From the NCBI GenBank assembly GCA_963730185.1, contig CAVSQW010000015.1, forward strand, positions 352,001 through 416,000: DNA of 64,000 nt, in the 5' to 3' direction. Every line of letters starts with the position of its first letter. Position 1 is the stretch's first letter. Origin of the DNA: an uncultured Gemmatimonadales bacterium. Lineage in GTDB: Bacteria; Gemmatimonadota; Gemmatimonadetes; Gemmatimonadales; GWC2-71-9. The notes beneath the pieces are model-generated. The model did not search any database, was not told the DNA's origin, and worked only from the letters and a program-made list of their open reading frames with translations. The position numbers and the translations under genes are program-made. Shown here piece after piece: positions 20,038 through 30,666 of this stretch.

Positions 20038-20158
20038 GCTCCGGAACCTCTCAAGATCCGTACCGGTCTGCGGGAGGGGGTTGCGAAGCGGGGTCCAGCT
20101 TCGTATCTATAAATGTATACAATCAAGCAAACCATTGATACTGGTGAGGTTCCGGAGC
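20038..20158. repeat. Perfect 13-bp inverted repeat enclosing an AT-rich segment
   Basis: GCTCCGGAACCTC (20038-20050) / GAGGTTCCGGAGC (20146-20158). Confidence 0.8.
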
Positions 20159-20268
20159 CGTCGGCCGAGGCGAACGTGTCGATGAAACTCGTGTCCGAAC
20201 GACACGATCGGCAGTATTGCGTGAACGGAAGTCATTTTCGGAACACGGCTTAGCGAAATTCGCCACCC

Positions 20269-20283
20269 CGGTACGGCGCTTGC
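20269..20283 (+). promoter_or_regulatory. sigma54 -24/-12 promoter candidate of susC1
   Basis: CGGTAC-GGCGC-TTGC (GG-N10-GC); upstream palindrome CGTGTC-N5-GACACG at 20190-20206. Confidence 0.55.
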
Positions 20284-20448
20284 CCCTCTGAGGCGCCGCA
20301 CTTCGCAACCGATCCAAACGGAACAACTCGGCGGCCCCGGGATGGGGCGCGGCGACTTCGTAGGTGACAAGGCTCACGTTCAGGGTGAAGTCCGGGTGGG
20401 AAGGGTGGGCCGCCCGGCGATCTCAATTCTCCTCCTGAGGTGTCGACG

Positions 20449-23400
20449 ATGCGAACTGCTGTCTCCCGAAGAGTACGTGCCGGACTCCTCCTGCTCGGAG
20501 GGCTGTTCGTGGTTGGAACGGCCCAGGCGCAGCAGGGGACGATCGCCGGCAAGGTGACCGACGAGGCCAACGGCCAGCCGCTGGCTGGGGCCCGAGTGCA
20601 GGTGGTCAGTCAGCAGGCGTATGCCCTGACCGACCAACAGGGCCACTACACGATTCGTGGCGTCGCGCCGGGCTCCTTCACGCTCCGGGTGTTCGCGCTG
20701 GGATACGGCTCGGTGACCAAGCCCCTGACGCTCGGCGCCGGTGCGAACGAGACGGTCGATTGGGCCTTGAAGTCGGTGCCGTTCCAGTTGGAGGAGATCG
20801 TCACCACGGCCACGGGTGAGCAGGCGACCCGTGAGTTGGGGAATTCGGTCGCCAAGATCCAGGCGGCGCAGCTGGTGGCGACGGCCCCGACGGCCAACTT
20901 GAGCCAAGTGCTGAGCGGCCGGGTGGCGGGCGTCGACGTGCTCCAGAGCAACGGGACCAGCGGGACGGGCGCCCGGATTCGAATCCGGGGTCTCAGTTCG
21001 GTGTCGCTCTCGAACGACCCGCTGCTCTACATCGACGGGATCCGGGTCGCGTCGAATGCCCCGGCCGGCGCCTTCGTCGGCGGGAGCTCGGTTTCGCTGC
21101 TCAACGACCTCAATCCGGAGGAGATCGAGAGCATCGAGATCGTCAAAGGACCGTCCGCGGCGACCCTGTACGGCACCCAGGCGGCCAACGGCGTCATCCG
21201 GGTGACGACCAAGCGGGGCCGGGCCGGCGCGCCGGTGTGGAACTTCACCGCCGAGGGCGGGATCCTGCACGACGGCTATGACTACCCGAAGGTCTATTTC
21301 AACGCCTCCGCGGCGGATCCCAACGCCGACTGTCTGACCTACATGGAAGCACTCGGCCAGTGCACGGTGGCGAACCGCTACACGCTCAACCTCCTCAACG
21401 ATCCGGCGACGACCCCGATCTCGACGGGGTACCGGAACCAGGTCGGCCTGAGCGTCGGCGGCGGCTCCGAGCTGATCCGCTACTACGTCGCGGCCGAGTC
21501 GGAGCTCGAGACCGGCGTGCTGAAGCTGCCGGATTCCGAGCAGCAGTTCCTGGTAAGCGAGCGCGGGCTGAGCGGCGTGAGCGCCCTTCCGCACAACCAG
21601 GTTCGGCCTAACCACTTCAACAAGTACAGCTTCCGAACCAACCTGAACTCGAGTCCGCGGAGCAACCTCGACCTGGCGATGTCGTCGGGCTACGTCGTCA
21701 ACAACATCCGGCTGCCGCAGACCGGCGACAACTTCGAGTCGATGATCGGGACCGCGCTGTTTGGCTCCGCCAACCCGAACGTCGTGGCCCAGACGGCCGG
21801 CTACGGCTTCAGCCGGCCGGCCAACTCGGCCGGCGAGGTCACCTGGCGGAAGCAGGATCACTTCATCAACAGCGCCACGGCCAACTGGCGGCCCTACTCC
21901 TGGCTCTCGGCTCGGGGTACCCTGGGGCTCGACTACCTGCTCTATACCGACGAGCAGGACATTCTGAACGGCCAGGGTTGCGTCACCTGCGGCACCGAGC
22001 GGCAGGGCAAGCGTCAGCTGGATCGTTACACCGACACCAAGTACACGGTCGACCTGAACGCGACGGCCCAGTACCACGTGACCAGCCGGATCTCGTCCAA
22101 GACGTCGGTCGGCGCGCAGTACAACCACGACAAGCTGTTCGGCGTTCTGGCGACCGCCAACATCCTGCCGCCGGGCATCATCTCGCTCTCGGCCGGTGCT
22201 CAGAACACGCTGAGCGAGCAGACGACCGACGTGATTACCCTGGGCACCTACGTCGAGCAGCAGTTCGGCATCGACGACCGGCTCTTCCTGACCGGCGCGC
22301 TCCGGGTCGACGACAACAGCGCCTTCGGTGCCAGCTTCCGCTCGGCCTACTATCCCAAGGTATCGGGGTCGTGGGTGGCGATGGAGAACAAGGACCGGGG
22401 CCTGCTCAACAGCCTCCGGTTCCGGGCCGCCTACGGCGCCACGGGCCAGTCCCCGCGCCCGCTGGACGCGCTCACCTATTCGTCGCCGGTCACGGCGTCG
22501 ATCTTCAATCAGTCTTCGACCCCGGGCGTCACGCTCGGTGGTCTCGGCGACCCGACGCTCAAGCCGGAGCGGTCCCGGGAGATCGAGGCGGGCTTCGACG
22601 CGGGGCTCCTCAACAACCGGATCAACGTCGAGTTCACCCTCTACGACAAGAAGACCAAGGACGCGCTGGTGCTCCGAACGCAGCCCTACTCGCTGGGCGG
22701 CGTCTCGCAGCGGCTCGAGAACGTCGGCGTGGTGAGCAACAAGGGGATCGAGATCTCGCTCAACACCCGGGTGATCGAGTCCCGGAACCTGAACTGGGAC
22801 CTCCAGGTCGAGGCCGCCGGCAATCGGAACCGGCTCGTGTCGCTCGCGCCCGGCGTTCCGCCGATCGTCGGCTTCGGATTCAAGAACATTCCCGGCTATC
22901 CGATGTTCGGGCTCTGGTGGCAGGGGCTCCTGAGCTACTCCGACGCCGACAACAACGGCGCCATCGATCCGTCCGAGGTCGTGGTCAGCGACACCCTGGT
23001 GTTCCTGGGGCCCACCGTTCCGACCCGGACGCTCTCGGTCAACACCAGCCTCGCCCTGTTCAACAACCGGCTCCGGATCGGTGGGCAGTTCGACTACAAG
23101 GGCGGCAACGTGAGCCACAATGTCAACGGCTTGTTCCAGTGCGCCTTCCAGGTGAACTGTCAGGCCCTTCACGATCCCAGCGCGTCGCTGGCCGACCAGG
23201 CCGCCGCCGTGGCCGGGGGCCGGGCCTTCGGGGCCTACGCCCAGAACGCCGAGTTCATCCGGCTTCGCGAGGCGTCGATCAGCTACACCGCGCCGAACTC
23301 GATGGCGCGCGCGGTCGGGGCCCGGTCGATGACTTTCGTCCTGACGGGTCGCAATCTCTGGCTCAAGAAGTTCGGCTTCACGAGCTGGGATCCGGAGAAC

Positions 23401-23490
23401 GTGACCCAGTCCGCCGACGCGGCCAACTACAATTTCGTGCAGCAGCCGCAGCCGGTGTACGGCATCCTGCGCGTCAACCTCGCTTTCTGA
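20449..23490 (+). CDS. susC: SusC/RagA family TonB-dependent transporter (1)
   Basis: Signal peptide, N-terminal extension, plug 'IRIRGLSS..PLLYIDG..IEIVKGPSAATLYGTQAANGVI..TTKRG', 'LKPERSRE.EAG', C-terminal F. Confidence 0.95.
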   Translation: MRTAVSRRVRAGLLLLGGLFVVGTAQAQQGTIAGKVTDEANGQPLAGARVQVVSQQAYALTDQQGHYTIRGVAPGSFTLRVFALGYGSVTKPLTLGAGANETVDWALKSVPFQLEEIVTTATGEQATRELGNSVAKIQAAQLVATAPTANLSQVLSGRVAGVDVLQSNGTSGTGARIRIRGLSSVSLSNDPLLYIDGIRVASNAPAGAFVGGSSVSLLNDLNPEEIESIEIVKGPSAATLYGTQAANGVIRVTTKRGRAGAPVWNFTAEGGILHDGYDYPKVYFNASAADPNADCLTYMEALGQCTVANRYTLNLLNDPATTPISTGYRNQVGLSVGGGSELIRYYVAAESELETGVLKLPDSEQQFLVSERGLSGVSALPHNQVRPNHFNKYSFRTNLNSSPRSNLDLAMSSGYVVNNIRLPQTGDNFESMIGTALFGSANPNVVAQTAGYGFSRPANSAGEVTWRKQDHFINSATANWRPYSWLSARGTLGLDYLLYTDEQDILNGQGCVTCGTERQGKRQLDRYTDTKYTVDLNATAQYHVTSRISSKTSVGAQYNHDKLFGVLATANILPPGIISLSAGAQNTLSEQTTDVITLGTYVEQQFGIDDRLFLTGALRVDDNSAFGASFRSAYYPKVSGSWVAMENKDRGLLNSLRFRAAYGATGQSPRPLDALTYSSPVTASIFNQSSTPGVTLGGLGDPTLKPERSREIEAGFDAGLLNNRINVEFTLYDKKTKDALVLRTQPYSLGGVSQRLENVGVVSNKGIEISLNTRVIESRNLNWDLQVEAAGNRNRLVSLAPGVPPIVGFGFKNIPGYPMFGLWWQGLLSYSDADNNGAIDPSEVVVSDTLVFLGPTVPTRTLSVNTSLALFNNRLRIGGQFDYKGGNVSHNVNGLFQCAFQVNCQALHDPSASLADQAAAVAGGRAFGAYAQNAEFIRLREASISYTAPNSMARAVGARSMTFVLTGRNLWLKKFGFTSWDPENVTQSADAANYNFVQQPQPVYGILRVNLAF

Positions 23491-23521
23491 GCCGCCACCG
23501 GCGCGAAAGGACCAGATAGCT

Positions 23522-24862
23522 ATGATGGGCAAGCGATTCACGGGATGGGCTGGGGTGGCGTCGACCGCCGCGTTGCTGGGCGTCGTCGCTCTGGCTGGCT
23601 GTTCGAAGTCCGACATTCTCCAGGCCGACACGCCGGACGTCATCACGCCCGACAATCTGGGCGGTCCGGTCGGTCTCGAGGCCCTCTATACCGGCGCCAT
23701 CTCCGACTTGGTAGTGGCCTCCACCGGCGGGTTGGGCGTGGTGCTCTATTCGGGGCTCTTCACCGACGAGCTGATTCATGCCAGCACGCCGCCGGCGGTT
23801 CGGGAATGGGACCTCCGGGCGGTGCTGTCGACCAACCAAGTCGCGACGGCCGGTCCCAATCCGGCGACCGGTGCCACGGGCGGGCCGTTCATCGGCCTCC
23901 AGATTGCCCGCACGGCGCTCGAAGGGGCGGCGCGGAAGCTGCCGGCCAACGATGCCCGGACCGGTGAGCTCTGGGCTCTGGCCGGGATGAGCTATGTGAT
24001 GTTCGGCGAGCTCTGGTGCTCGGGCACGCCGTTCTCCGAGCGCGACCCGACGGTCGAGCTCGGGAACCCGCTCACCACGACCGAGATGTTCGATCGGGCG
24101 CTCGATCGGCTGAACAGCGCCGCCAGCAACGCCGGCGGAGACGCGCGGGTCATGAACCTGACGGCCGTGCTCAAGGGGCGAGCCCTCCTCAACGAGGGCA
24201 AGTTCGCCGAGGCCGCGGCGGCGGTGGGGGGCGTGCCGACGGACTTCGAGTACGACTTCTACCATGGCGCCCCGCCGGCCCGGCAGACGAACCAGGTTCA
24301 GCTCCAGACTGCGAGTGACATCTACTCGGTGCCCGATCATGACGGCACCAACGGGCTGGACTTCGCCACCGCCGCCGATCCGCGGGTCCCGGTCTCGGCC
24401 CCGCGTCTGTCGCGGAACGATGGCGTCACCACGATGGTGGTGGCACTCAAGTACCCCAGCATCGACTCACCCGTGCCGATGGTGACCGGCATCGAGGCCC
24501 GCTTGATCGAGGCCGAAGCTGCGCTCCAGGCGGGCACTTCGGGGCTCTGGCTCCAGAAGCTCAACGATGCCCGGGCCACGGTCGCGGGGCTGGCGCCCCT
24601 GACCGATCCGGGGACGGCCACCGGCCGGGTGGACCTGATGTTCCGGGAGCGGGCCTTCTGGATGTATCTCACCGCGCACCGGCTGGGCGACCTCCGCCGC
24701 CTGGTCACCCAGTACGGGCGGGCCAAGGAGTCGGTGTATCCGACCGGCGACTATCACAAGCAGGGCTTGACCCACGGCACCCAGGCAACCCTCATCGTGC
24801 CGCAGCCCGAGGAGAATAACCCGAACTACGTGCCGACCGACTGCACGGTTGACACGCCGTGA
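23522..24862 (+). CDS. susD: SusD/RagB-like lipoprotein (1)
   Basis: Lipobox LAGC; 'EARLIEAEA..LNDAR..FRERAF...HRLGDLRR'; follows susC. Confidence 0.9.
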   Translation: MMGKRFTGWAGVASTAALLGVVALAGCSKSDILQADTPDVITPDNLGGPVGLEALYTGAISDLVVASTGGLGVVLYSGLFTDELIHASTPPAVREWDLRAVLSTNQVATAGPNPATGATGGPFIGLQIARTALEGAARKLPANDARTGELWALAGMSYVMFGELWCSGTPFSERDPTVELGNPLTTTEMFDRALDRLNSAASNAGGDARVMNLTAVLKGRALLNEGKFAEAAAAVGGVPTDFEYDFYHGAPPARQTNQVQLQTASDIYSVPDHDGTNGLDFATAADPRVPVSAPRLSRNDGVTTMVVALKYPSIDSPVPMVTGIEARLIEAEAALQAGTSGLWLQKLNDARATVAGLAPLTDPGTATGRVDLMFRERAFWMYLTAHRLGDLRRLVTQYGRAKESVYPTGDYHKQGLTHGTQATLIVPQPEENNPNYVPTDCTVDTP

Positions 24863-25038
24863 GGTCGGGGAAGCACCTGGTGCGAGGTGAGAACTAGCAG
24901 TCGGGACAGTTCGGTGATACCGTAGGAGGTTGCGGTATCACGGCAGGGAATGGAGGCTCGGGGCCGGTTCGCCGGCTCCGGCCTTCAGCGGTTTCCGCAG
25001 CATCCAACCCCATACTTCCCTTGCGGGGAGGCACCATA

Positions 25039-28000
25039 GTGCGCCGAATGCTCGCATGTCTCGTGGTGGCGGGGGCCGTGATGGCTGTCGCCACGCCGGC
25101 GTTTGCCCAGCAGGCAACCGTCACCGGCAAGGTGACCGACCAGGCGCGTGGCCTCGCCTTAGCCGGCGCCCGGGTCCAAGCCAGCGGTACCAACTACTAC
25201 GCCATCTCGAATCAGGAAGGGGTCTACACCATCAAAGGTGTGAGTCCCGGGGCGTATGCGTTCCGGGTCATCATGCTCGGCTATGCGTCGCAGACCAAGA
25301 CGGTGACCGTGGCGGCCGGGGGAACCACCACCCTCGACTGGTCGCTCAACGCGGTGCCGTACACCCTCGAGGAGGTCGTCACGACCGCGACGGGTGAGCA
25401 GCTCAAGCGGGAACTGGGGAACACGGTCGGGACGATCGACGCGCCCCAGCTGGTGGCCACGGCCGAGACGCCGAACTTGACGGCCGTCCTGAATGGGCGG
25501 GTCGCGGGCGTGACCGTGATCCAGAACGACGGGATGGCCGGCAGCGGCTCGCGGATCCGGATCCGGGGCATCAGCTCGGTGTCGATGAGCAACGATCCGC
25601 TGCTCTATGTCGACGGCATCCGGGTGGAGCAGCGGGGGGTTGGCTTGTCGGTCAGCAACGGCGGCAACTCCCCCTCGTTCCTGAACGACATCAACCCGGA
25701 GGACATCGCCAACATCGAGATCGTCAAGGGGCCGTCGGCGGCGACGCTCTACGGCACCCAGGCGGCCAACGGCGTCATCCGCATCACGACCAAACGGGGA
25801 CGCGCCGGGGCGCCCAAGTGGACGCTCACCACCGAGCAGGGCATGGTGCACGACCCGAACAAGTACCTGTCCGTCTGGTACTCGCAGGACGCCGCCGGCA
25901 CGGGCCAGTGCTTCCCCTTCCAGCAGGCGCTGGGACAGTGCACCATCGGCAATCTCTATAGCAAGAACATCATGCGGGATTCCTACACCAGCCCGCTGAA
26001 GGACGCCTACCGGTCGCAGTACAGCGCCCAGGTGGCCGGCGGCAGCGAGGCGGTCCGCTATTTCGTCGCGGCCGAGTTCGAGAACCAGGATGGCACCCTG
26101 AAGATGCCCCAGTCGGAGATCGACTTCCTCAAGACCATCCGGGGCGCCGATGCGGTCATCCCGAAGGACCAGCTCGATCCCAACACGCTGCGGAAGATCA
26201 GCGTGCGGACCAACCTGTCCGCGAACTTGGGCAGCAAGGCCGACGTCGCTCTCAACCTGGGGTACATCAACAACAACAACCGGATCGCGCAGTCCGGCGA
26301 CAACCTGGAAGGCGTGTTCGGCGCCGCGACCTACGGGACCGCCGATCCGACGGCGGCCAGCCCCTATGGATTCGCCCGGCCGGCCTGGGGCTTCGCCGAC
26401 ACCGAGTACCGGTTGAGCAACCATTTCATCAACAGCGGCACGGCCAACTACCGGCCGTTCACCTGGCTGTCGTCGCGAGCCACGGTCGGGTTGGACTACA
26501 TCGCTTACGAGGACCAGCAGCTCGCTCGCAACGGTGAGTCCTGTCCCTTCTGCGGCAACCCGGAGGGCATCCGGGCCCTCAATCGATTCCAGAGCTACAA
26601 GTATTCGGTCGACCTCGGCGCCACGGCCACCTTCAAGCTCACCAGCCGGATCGGCTCGAAGACCTCGCTCGGGGCGCAGTACAACAAGGACAACTTGACG
26701 ACCTCGCTCAACACGGGGACGGTCCTGCCGCCGGGCGCCCAGACGTTCACCGGCGCGGCCAACAAGTCGTCCAGCGAGTCGACCACCAAGTTCGTGACCC
26801 TGGGTTCCTACATCGAGCAGCAGTTCAGCCTCGACGACCGGCTCTTCGTCACCGGCGCGGTCCGGATCGACCAGAACAGCGCCTTCGGCGTCGGCTCACG
26901 CTCCGCGACCTATCCCAAGGTGTCTGCCTCGTGGGTCGCGGTCGACAATCATGGTGGCCTGCTCAACTCGCTCCGCTTCCGGGCCGCCTACGGCGCCTCG
27001 GGCCAGCAGCCGGGCCCGCTCGACGCGGTCCAGTTCTACTCGGGTACCACCAACGCCGTCTTCGGTGGCTTGGGCCCGGGCGTCAGCCTCGGGAACCTGG
27101 CCACCTTCGCCAGCGGTCTCGGCAACACGACCCTGAAGCCCGAACGCTCCAACGAATTCGAGGGCGGGTTCGACCTGGGCCTCTTCGACAGCCACTGGAC
27201 CCTGGAGGCTACGGTCTACCAGAAGAAGACGTCCGATGCCTTGGTCCAGCGGCTCCTCCCCGGCTCGCTCGGCGCGGTCCAGTCCCGCACCGACAACGTG
27301 GGCGACGTCAAGAACGAAGGGATCGAGCTCTCCCTCCTCGGCCGGCTGATCGACAGTCCCAAGCTCCAATGGGACATCCAGGTCGAGGTTTCCGGCAACC
27401 GGAATCGGCTCGTCGCCCTCGCGGAAGGGGTCCCGCCGCCGACCGGCTTCGGGTTCCAGCAGGCGGTTGGCTTCCCGCTCTACGGGATCTGGTGGCCCAA
27501 GATCACCTCGTACGCCGACGCCAACGGCGACGGCTTCATCGACCCCAGCGAAGTGAGCGTCACCGACACGGCGGTCTTCAATGGGGGCACCATCCCGAGC
27601 CGCACGATCTCGCTCGGGTCCAACATCGCGCTGTTCGGGGGGAAGCTTCGGATCGGCGGCCAGCTCGACTACAAGGGCGGCTATGTGTCGCACGATGTGA
27701 GCACCATGTTCCAGTGCCTCTTCGTGGGCGACTGCCAGTACCTCAACGATCCCAACACGTCGCTTTATGACCAGGCCCGCGCGGTGAGCGGCGTCTTCGG
27801 CGATTGGGCCGAGCCGGGCGACTACCTCCGGCTCCGGGAGGCGAACGTCTCCTGGACCCTGCCCCGGGGAGTCAGCCGGGCCTTCCGGGCGTCGAACGCG
27901 ATGGTGACCGTCACCGGCCGGAACCTCTGGCTGCATTTCCTGAAGGGCTTCGGGGGCTGGGACTCCGAGATCAACACCGTGGCCGGCGTCGCGGGCGACG

Positions 28001-28071
28001 GACCGGCGTACAACTTCGTCCAGCCCGGGCAGTCCCGGTACGTGTCCGTCCGCCTCCAACTGACTTTTTGA
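25039..28071 (+). CDS. susC: SusC/RagA family TonB-dependent transporter (2)
   Basis: GGAGG then GTG 25039; same plug motifs; clear paralogue of susC1. Confidence 0.95.
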   Translation: MRRMLACLVVAGAVMAVATPAFAQQATVTGKVTDQARGLALAGARVQASGTNYYAISNQEGVYTIKGVSPGAYAFRVIMLGYASQTKTVTVAAGGTTTLDWSLNAVPYTLEEVVTTATGEQLKRELGNTVGTIDAPQLVATAETPNLTAVLNGRVAGVTVIQNDGMAGSGSRIRIRGISSVSMSNDPLLYVDGIRVEQRGVGLSVSNGGNSPSFLNDINPEDIANIEIVKGPSAATLYGTQAANGVIRITTKRGRAGAPKWTLTTEQGMVHDPNKYLSVWYSQDAAGTGQCFPFQQALGQCTIGNLYSKNIMRDSYTSPLKDAYRSQYSAQVAGGSEAVRYFVAAEFENQDGTLKMPQSEIDFLKTIRGADAVIPKDQLDPNTLRKISVRTNLSANLGSKADVALNLGYINNNNRIAQSGDNLEGVFGAATYGTADPTAASPYGFARPAWGFADTEYRLSNHFINSGTANYRPFTWLSSRATVGLDYIAYEDQQLARNGESCPFCGNPEGIRALNRFQSYKYSVDLGATATFKLTSRIGSKTSLGAQYNKDNLTTSLNTGTVLPPGAQTFTGAANKSSSESTTKFVTLGSYIEQQFSLDDRLFVTGAVRIDQNSAFGVGSRSATYPKVSASWVAVDNHGGLLNSLRFRAAYGASGQQPGPLDAVQFYSGTTNAVFGGLGPGVSLGNLATFASGLGNTTLKPERSNEFEGGFDLGLFDSHWTLEATVYQKKTSDALVQRLLPGSLGAVQSRTDNVGDVKNEGIELSLLGRLIDSPKLQWDIQVEVSGNRNRLVALAEGVPPPTGFGFQQAVGFPLYGIWWPKITSYADANGDGFIDPSEVSVTDTAVFNGGTIPSRTISLGSNIALFGGKLRIGGQLDYKGGYVSHDVSTMFQCLFVGDCQYLNDPNTSLYDQARAVSGVFGDWAEPGDYLRLREANVSWTLPRGVSRAFRASNAMVTVTGRNLWLHFLKGFGGWDSEINTVAGVAGDGPAYNFVQPGQSRYVSVRLQLTF

Positions 28072-28084
28072 GAGGAGGCCTCCC

Positions 28085-29416
28085 ATGAAACCCATGAGCC
28101 CTATGGCCATCCCGACCTTCCGCTCGGCCCTCGCCCGCCGGGGGTTCGCCGTGCTCGTCACGGCGGCCCTGGCGGCGTGCTCCACCAGCGACCTCCTCAA
28201 CGTGGAGCGGCCCGACATCATCGACCCGGGCAACCTGCAGGGTGCCCTGGGCGCCACGGCGTACTACAACGGCGCGATCGGCGACGTGGCGTACTCACAG
28301 GGGACCTTCAGCGGCCTGATGCTGATGTCCGGCCTGTTCAGCGACGAGTTCATCTTCGGCGGGACCCCGCCCGAGGTCCGGCAGTTCGACCTGGGCGCGG
28401 TGGTAGTCAGCAACTCGTTCTCGCAGAGCATCTACCTCAACCTCCACCGCGGGCGGGTGTCGGCCCAGAAGGCCGCCGCGGCGCTGGCCGCAGTCGATCC
28501 GGCCGATCCCCGGATCGGCGAGATGAACGCGCTCCAGGCGCTCGAAACCATCTGGATCGGCGAGCACTACTGCGCCGGCGCGCCGCTCAGCGACTACGGG
28601 CCCCCGATCGTCTACGGAGACCCGATGTCGACCGACCAGCTCTTCCAGGCGGCGGTCGATCTGCTCACCACCGCCGCCACCAAGGCGACCGATGCGCGGA
28701 TCGTGAACTTGATCAAGGTGCTCAAGGGCCGGGCCCTGCTCGACCTGGGGCAATACGCCCAGGCCGCCACCGCGGTTGCCGGGGTGCCGGACGACTACGT
28801 GTACCAGATGCTGTTCTCGTCGTCGGACCCGCGGACCCAGAATAACATGAAGGCCTTCGTCTTCGATTTCGACTACATGTCGGTCGGTAACAGCGAAGGC
28901 ACCAACGGGCTCAACTTCGCGACGGCCGACGATCCCCGGGTTCCGGTCCAGTTCATCGGCCCGTCCCAGTTCGATAACAAGACGCCGGACTACCAGCTCC
29001 TCACCTATCAGGCCTTCGGCGACCCGATCATCGACGCGAGCGGCGTCGAGGCCCGGTTGATCGAGGCCGAAGCGGCGCTCAATGCCGGCGACCCGACGAC
29101 CTGGCTCAACAAGCTCAACGAAGCCAGAACGGCCTGGCCGGGGCTGACGCCCTTGACCGATCCGGGCACCGCCAGTGCCCGAGTCGATCTGACGTTCCGC
29201 GAGCGGGCCTTCTCGATGTTCTCGACCGGCCACCGGGTTGGGGATCTTCGCCGTCTGGTGCGGCAGTACGGACGGGCGATCACCGCGACGTTCCCGACCG
29301 GCGCGTATCACAAGGACAACTTGACCCGCGGCAACCAAGCCAGCATCATCGTGCCGCAGACGGAGCAGAACAACCCTAACTACACCGCCTCGGCCTGCGA
29401 TCCGAATCAGGCCTGA
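28085..29416 (+). CDS. susD: SusD/RagB-like lipoprotein (2)
   Basis: Lipobox LAAC; paralogue of susD1 ('EARLIEAEA', 'FRERAFSMF..HRVGDLRR'). Confidence 0.9.
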   Translation: MKPMSPMAIPTFRSALARRGFAVLVTAALAACSTSDLLNVERPDIIDPGNLQGALGATAYYNGAIGDVAYSQGTFSGLMLMSGLFSDEFIFGGTPPEVRQFDLGAVVVSNSFSQSIYLNLHRGRVSAQKAAAALAAVDPADPRIGEMNALQALETIWIGEHYCAGAPLSDYGPPIVYGDPMSTDQLFQAAVDLLTTAATKATDARIVNLIKVLKGRALLDLGQYAQAATAVAGVPDDYVYQMLFSSSDPRTQNNMKAFVFDFDYMSVGNSEGTNGLNFATADDPRVPVQFIGPSQFDNKTPDYQLLTYQAFGDPIIDASGVEARLIEAEAALNAGDPTTWLNKLNEARTAWPGLTPLTDPGTASARVDLTFRERAFSMFSTGHRVGDLRRLVRQYGRAITATFPTGAYHKDNLTRGNQASIIVPQTEQNNPNYTASACDPNQA

Positions 29417-29438
29417 GCCGCACCATCCGATCCAAACC

Positions 29439-29472
29439 GGGGAGCCGCCGCAAGGCGGCTCCTTCGTTTATC
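29439..29472 (+). terminator. Intrinsic terminator after susD2
   Basis: GGAGCCGCC-GCAA-GGCGGCTCC followed by TTCGTTTATCTT. Confidence 0.8.
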
Positions 29473-29514
29473 TTCCTGCCGATCTCGACCTCGCCTTCGA
29501 CCCCGGCCCCGCGC

Positions 29515-30666
29515 ATGCCCATCGATCGTGACTACTGCCTCGACACCCTGACCCAACTGGTCCGGATCAACTCCATCAACCCGACCCTGGTGCCGGGCGC
29601 GCCCGGCGAAGGGGAGATCGCCGACTACGTCGCGGCCAATCTGAGCCGGCTGGGCCTCGAGGTCGAGCGCCACGAGCCGGTGCCGGGGCGGGTGAGCGTG
29701 ACGGGCCGGCTTCGGGGAACGGGTGGCGGCAAGAGCCTGATGCTCAACGGGCACCACGACACGGTCGGCGTCGAGGGGATGGCGGCGCCGTTCTCGGCGG
29801 CGGTGCGGGAGGGGCGCCTGTACGGGCGAGGCGCGTTCGACATGAAAGGCGCCGTGGCGGCCTGCATGACGGCCCTCGAGGCGTTGGCCCGCTCGCCGGA
29901 GCGGCTCCGCGGCGACGTGATCGTGGCCGCCGTGGCCGACGAGGAGTACGGCAGCGTCGGCACCGCCGATCTCGCCGCCCGGGTCCGGGTCGACGGCGCC
30001 ATCGTGACCGAACCGACCTCGCTTCGGATCTGCCTCGCCCACAAGGGGTATCTCTGGGTCGAGGTCGAGGTCGTGGGCCGGGCCGCGCACGGCAGTCGAT
30101 TCGACGAGGGCATCGACGCCAATCTTCGGATGGGCCGGTTCCTGGGGCGGCTCGAGGGCCTGGAGCGGGCGCTCCGGGCGCGGACGCCGCACCCGCTGGT
30201 CGGCCCGCCCTCGCTGCACGCGGCCGTGCTCGCCGGCGGGAGCGGCCTCAGCACCTACGCGGCCCGCGCCACCCTGCAGATCGAGCGCCGGAGCGTTCCG
30301 GGCGAGACCGAGGCCGGGGTGATGGCCGAGATCGAGGCGCTCCTGGCCGACCTCCGCGCCGAGGATCCCGAGCTCGAGATCTCGGCCAAGTCGTTCTTCG
30401 TCCGGGATCCGTTCGAGGTGGCGCCGACGGCGGGGATCGTCCAGGCGCTCGACGGCGCCGCGACGAAGGTCCTCGGCGCGGCACCCGAGCGGGTGGGTGA
30501 CACCCCCTGGATGGACGCCGCCCTGCTCGCGGCCGCCGGGGTCGAGACGGTGGTGTTCGGGCCCCACGGCACGGGCGCCCATGCCGACACCGAGTGGGTG
30601 GATCTGGAAAGCGTGTACCGGACCGCGGCGGTGCTGGAGGAGACTGCTCGGGCCTACTGCGCGTGA
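29515..30666 (+). CDS. M20 ArgE/DapE family deacylase
   Basis: 'LNGHHDTV', 'GRGAFDMKG', 'DEEYGS', 'VTEP', 'GRAAHGS', 'GAHADTE'. Confidence 0.92.
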   Translation: MPIDRDYCLDTLTQLVRINSINPTLVPGAPGEGEIADYVAANLSRLGLEVERHEPVPGRVSVTGRLRGTGGGKSLMLNGHHDTVGVEGMAAPFSAAVREGRLYGRGAFDMKGAVAACMTALEALARSPERLRGDVIVAAVADEEYGSVGTADLAARVRVDGAIVTEPTSLRICLAHKGYLWVEVEVVGRAAHGSRFDEGIDANLRMGRFLGRLEGLERALRARTPHPLVGPPSLHAAVLAGGSGLSTYAARATLQIERRSVPGETEAGVMAEIEALLADLRAEDPELEISAKSFFVRDPFEVAPTAGIVQALDGAATKVLGAAPERVGDTPWMDAALLAAAGVETVVFGPHGTGAHADTEWVDLESVYRTAAVLEETARAYCA

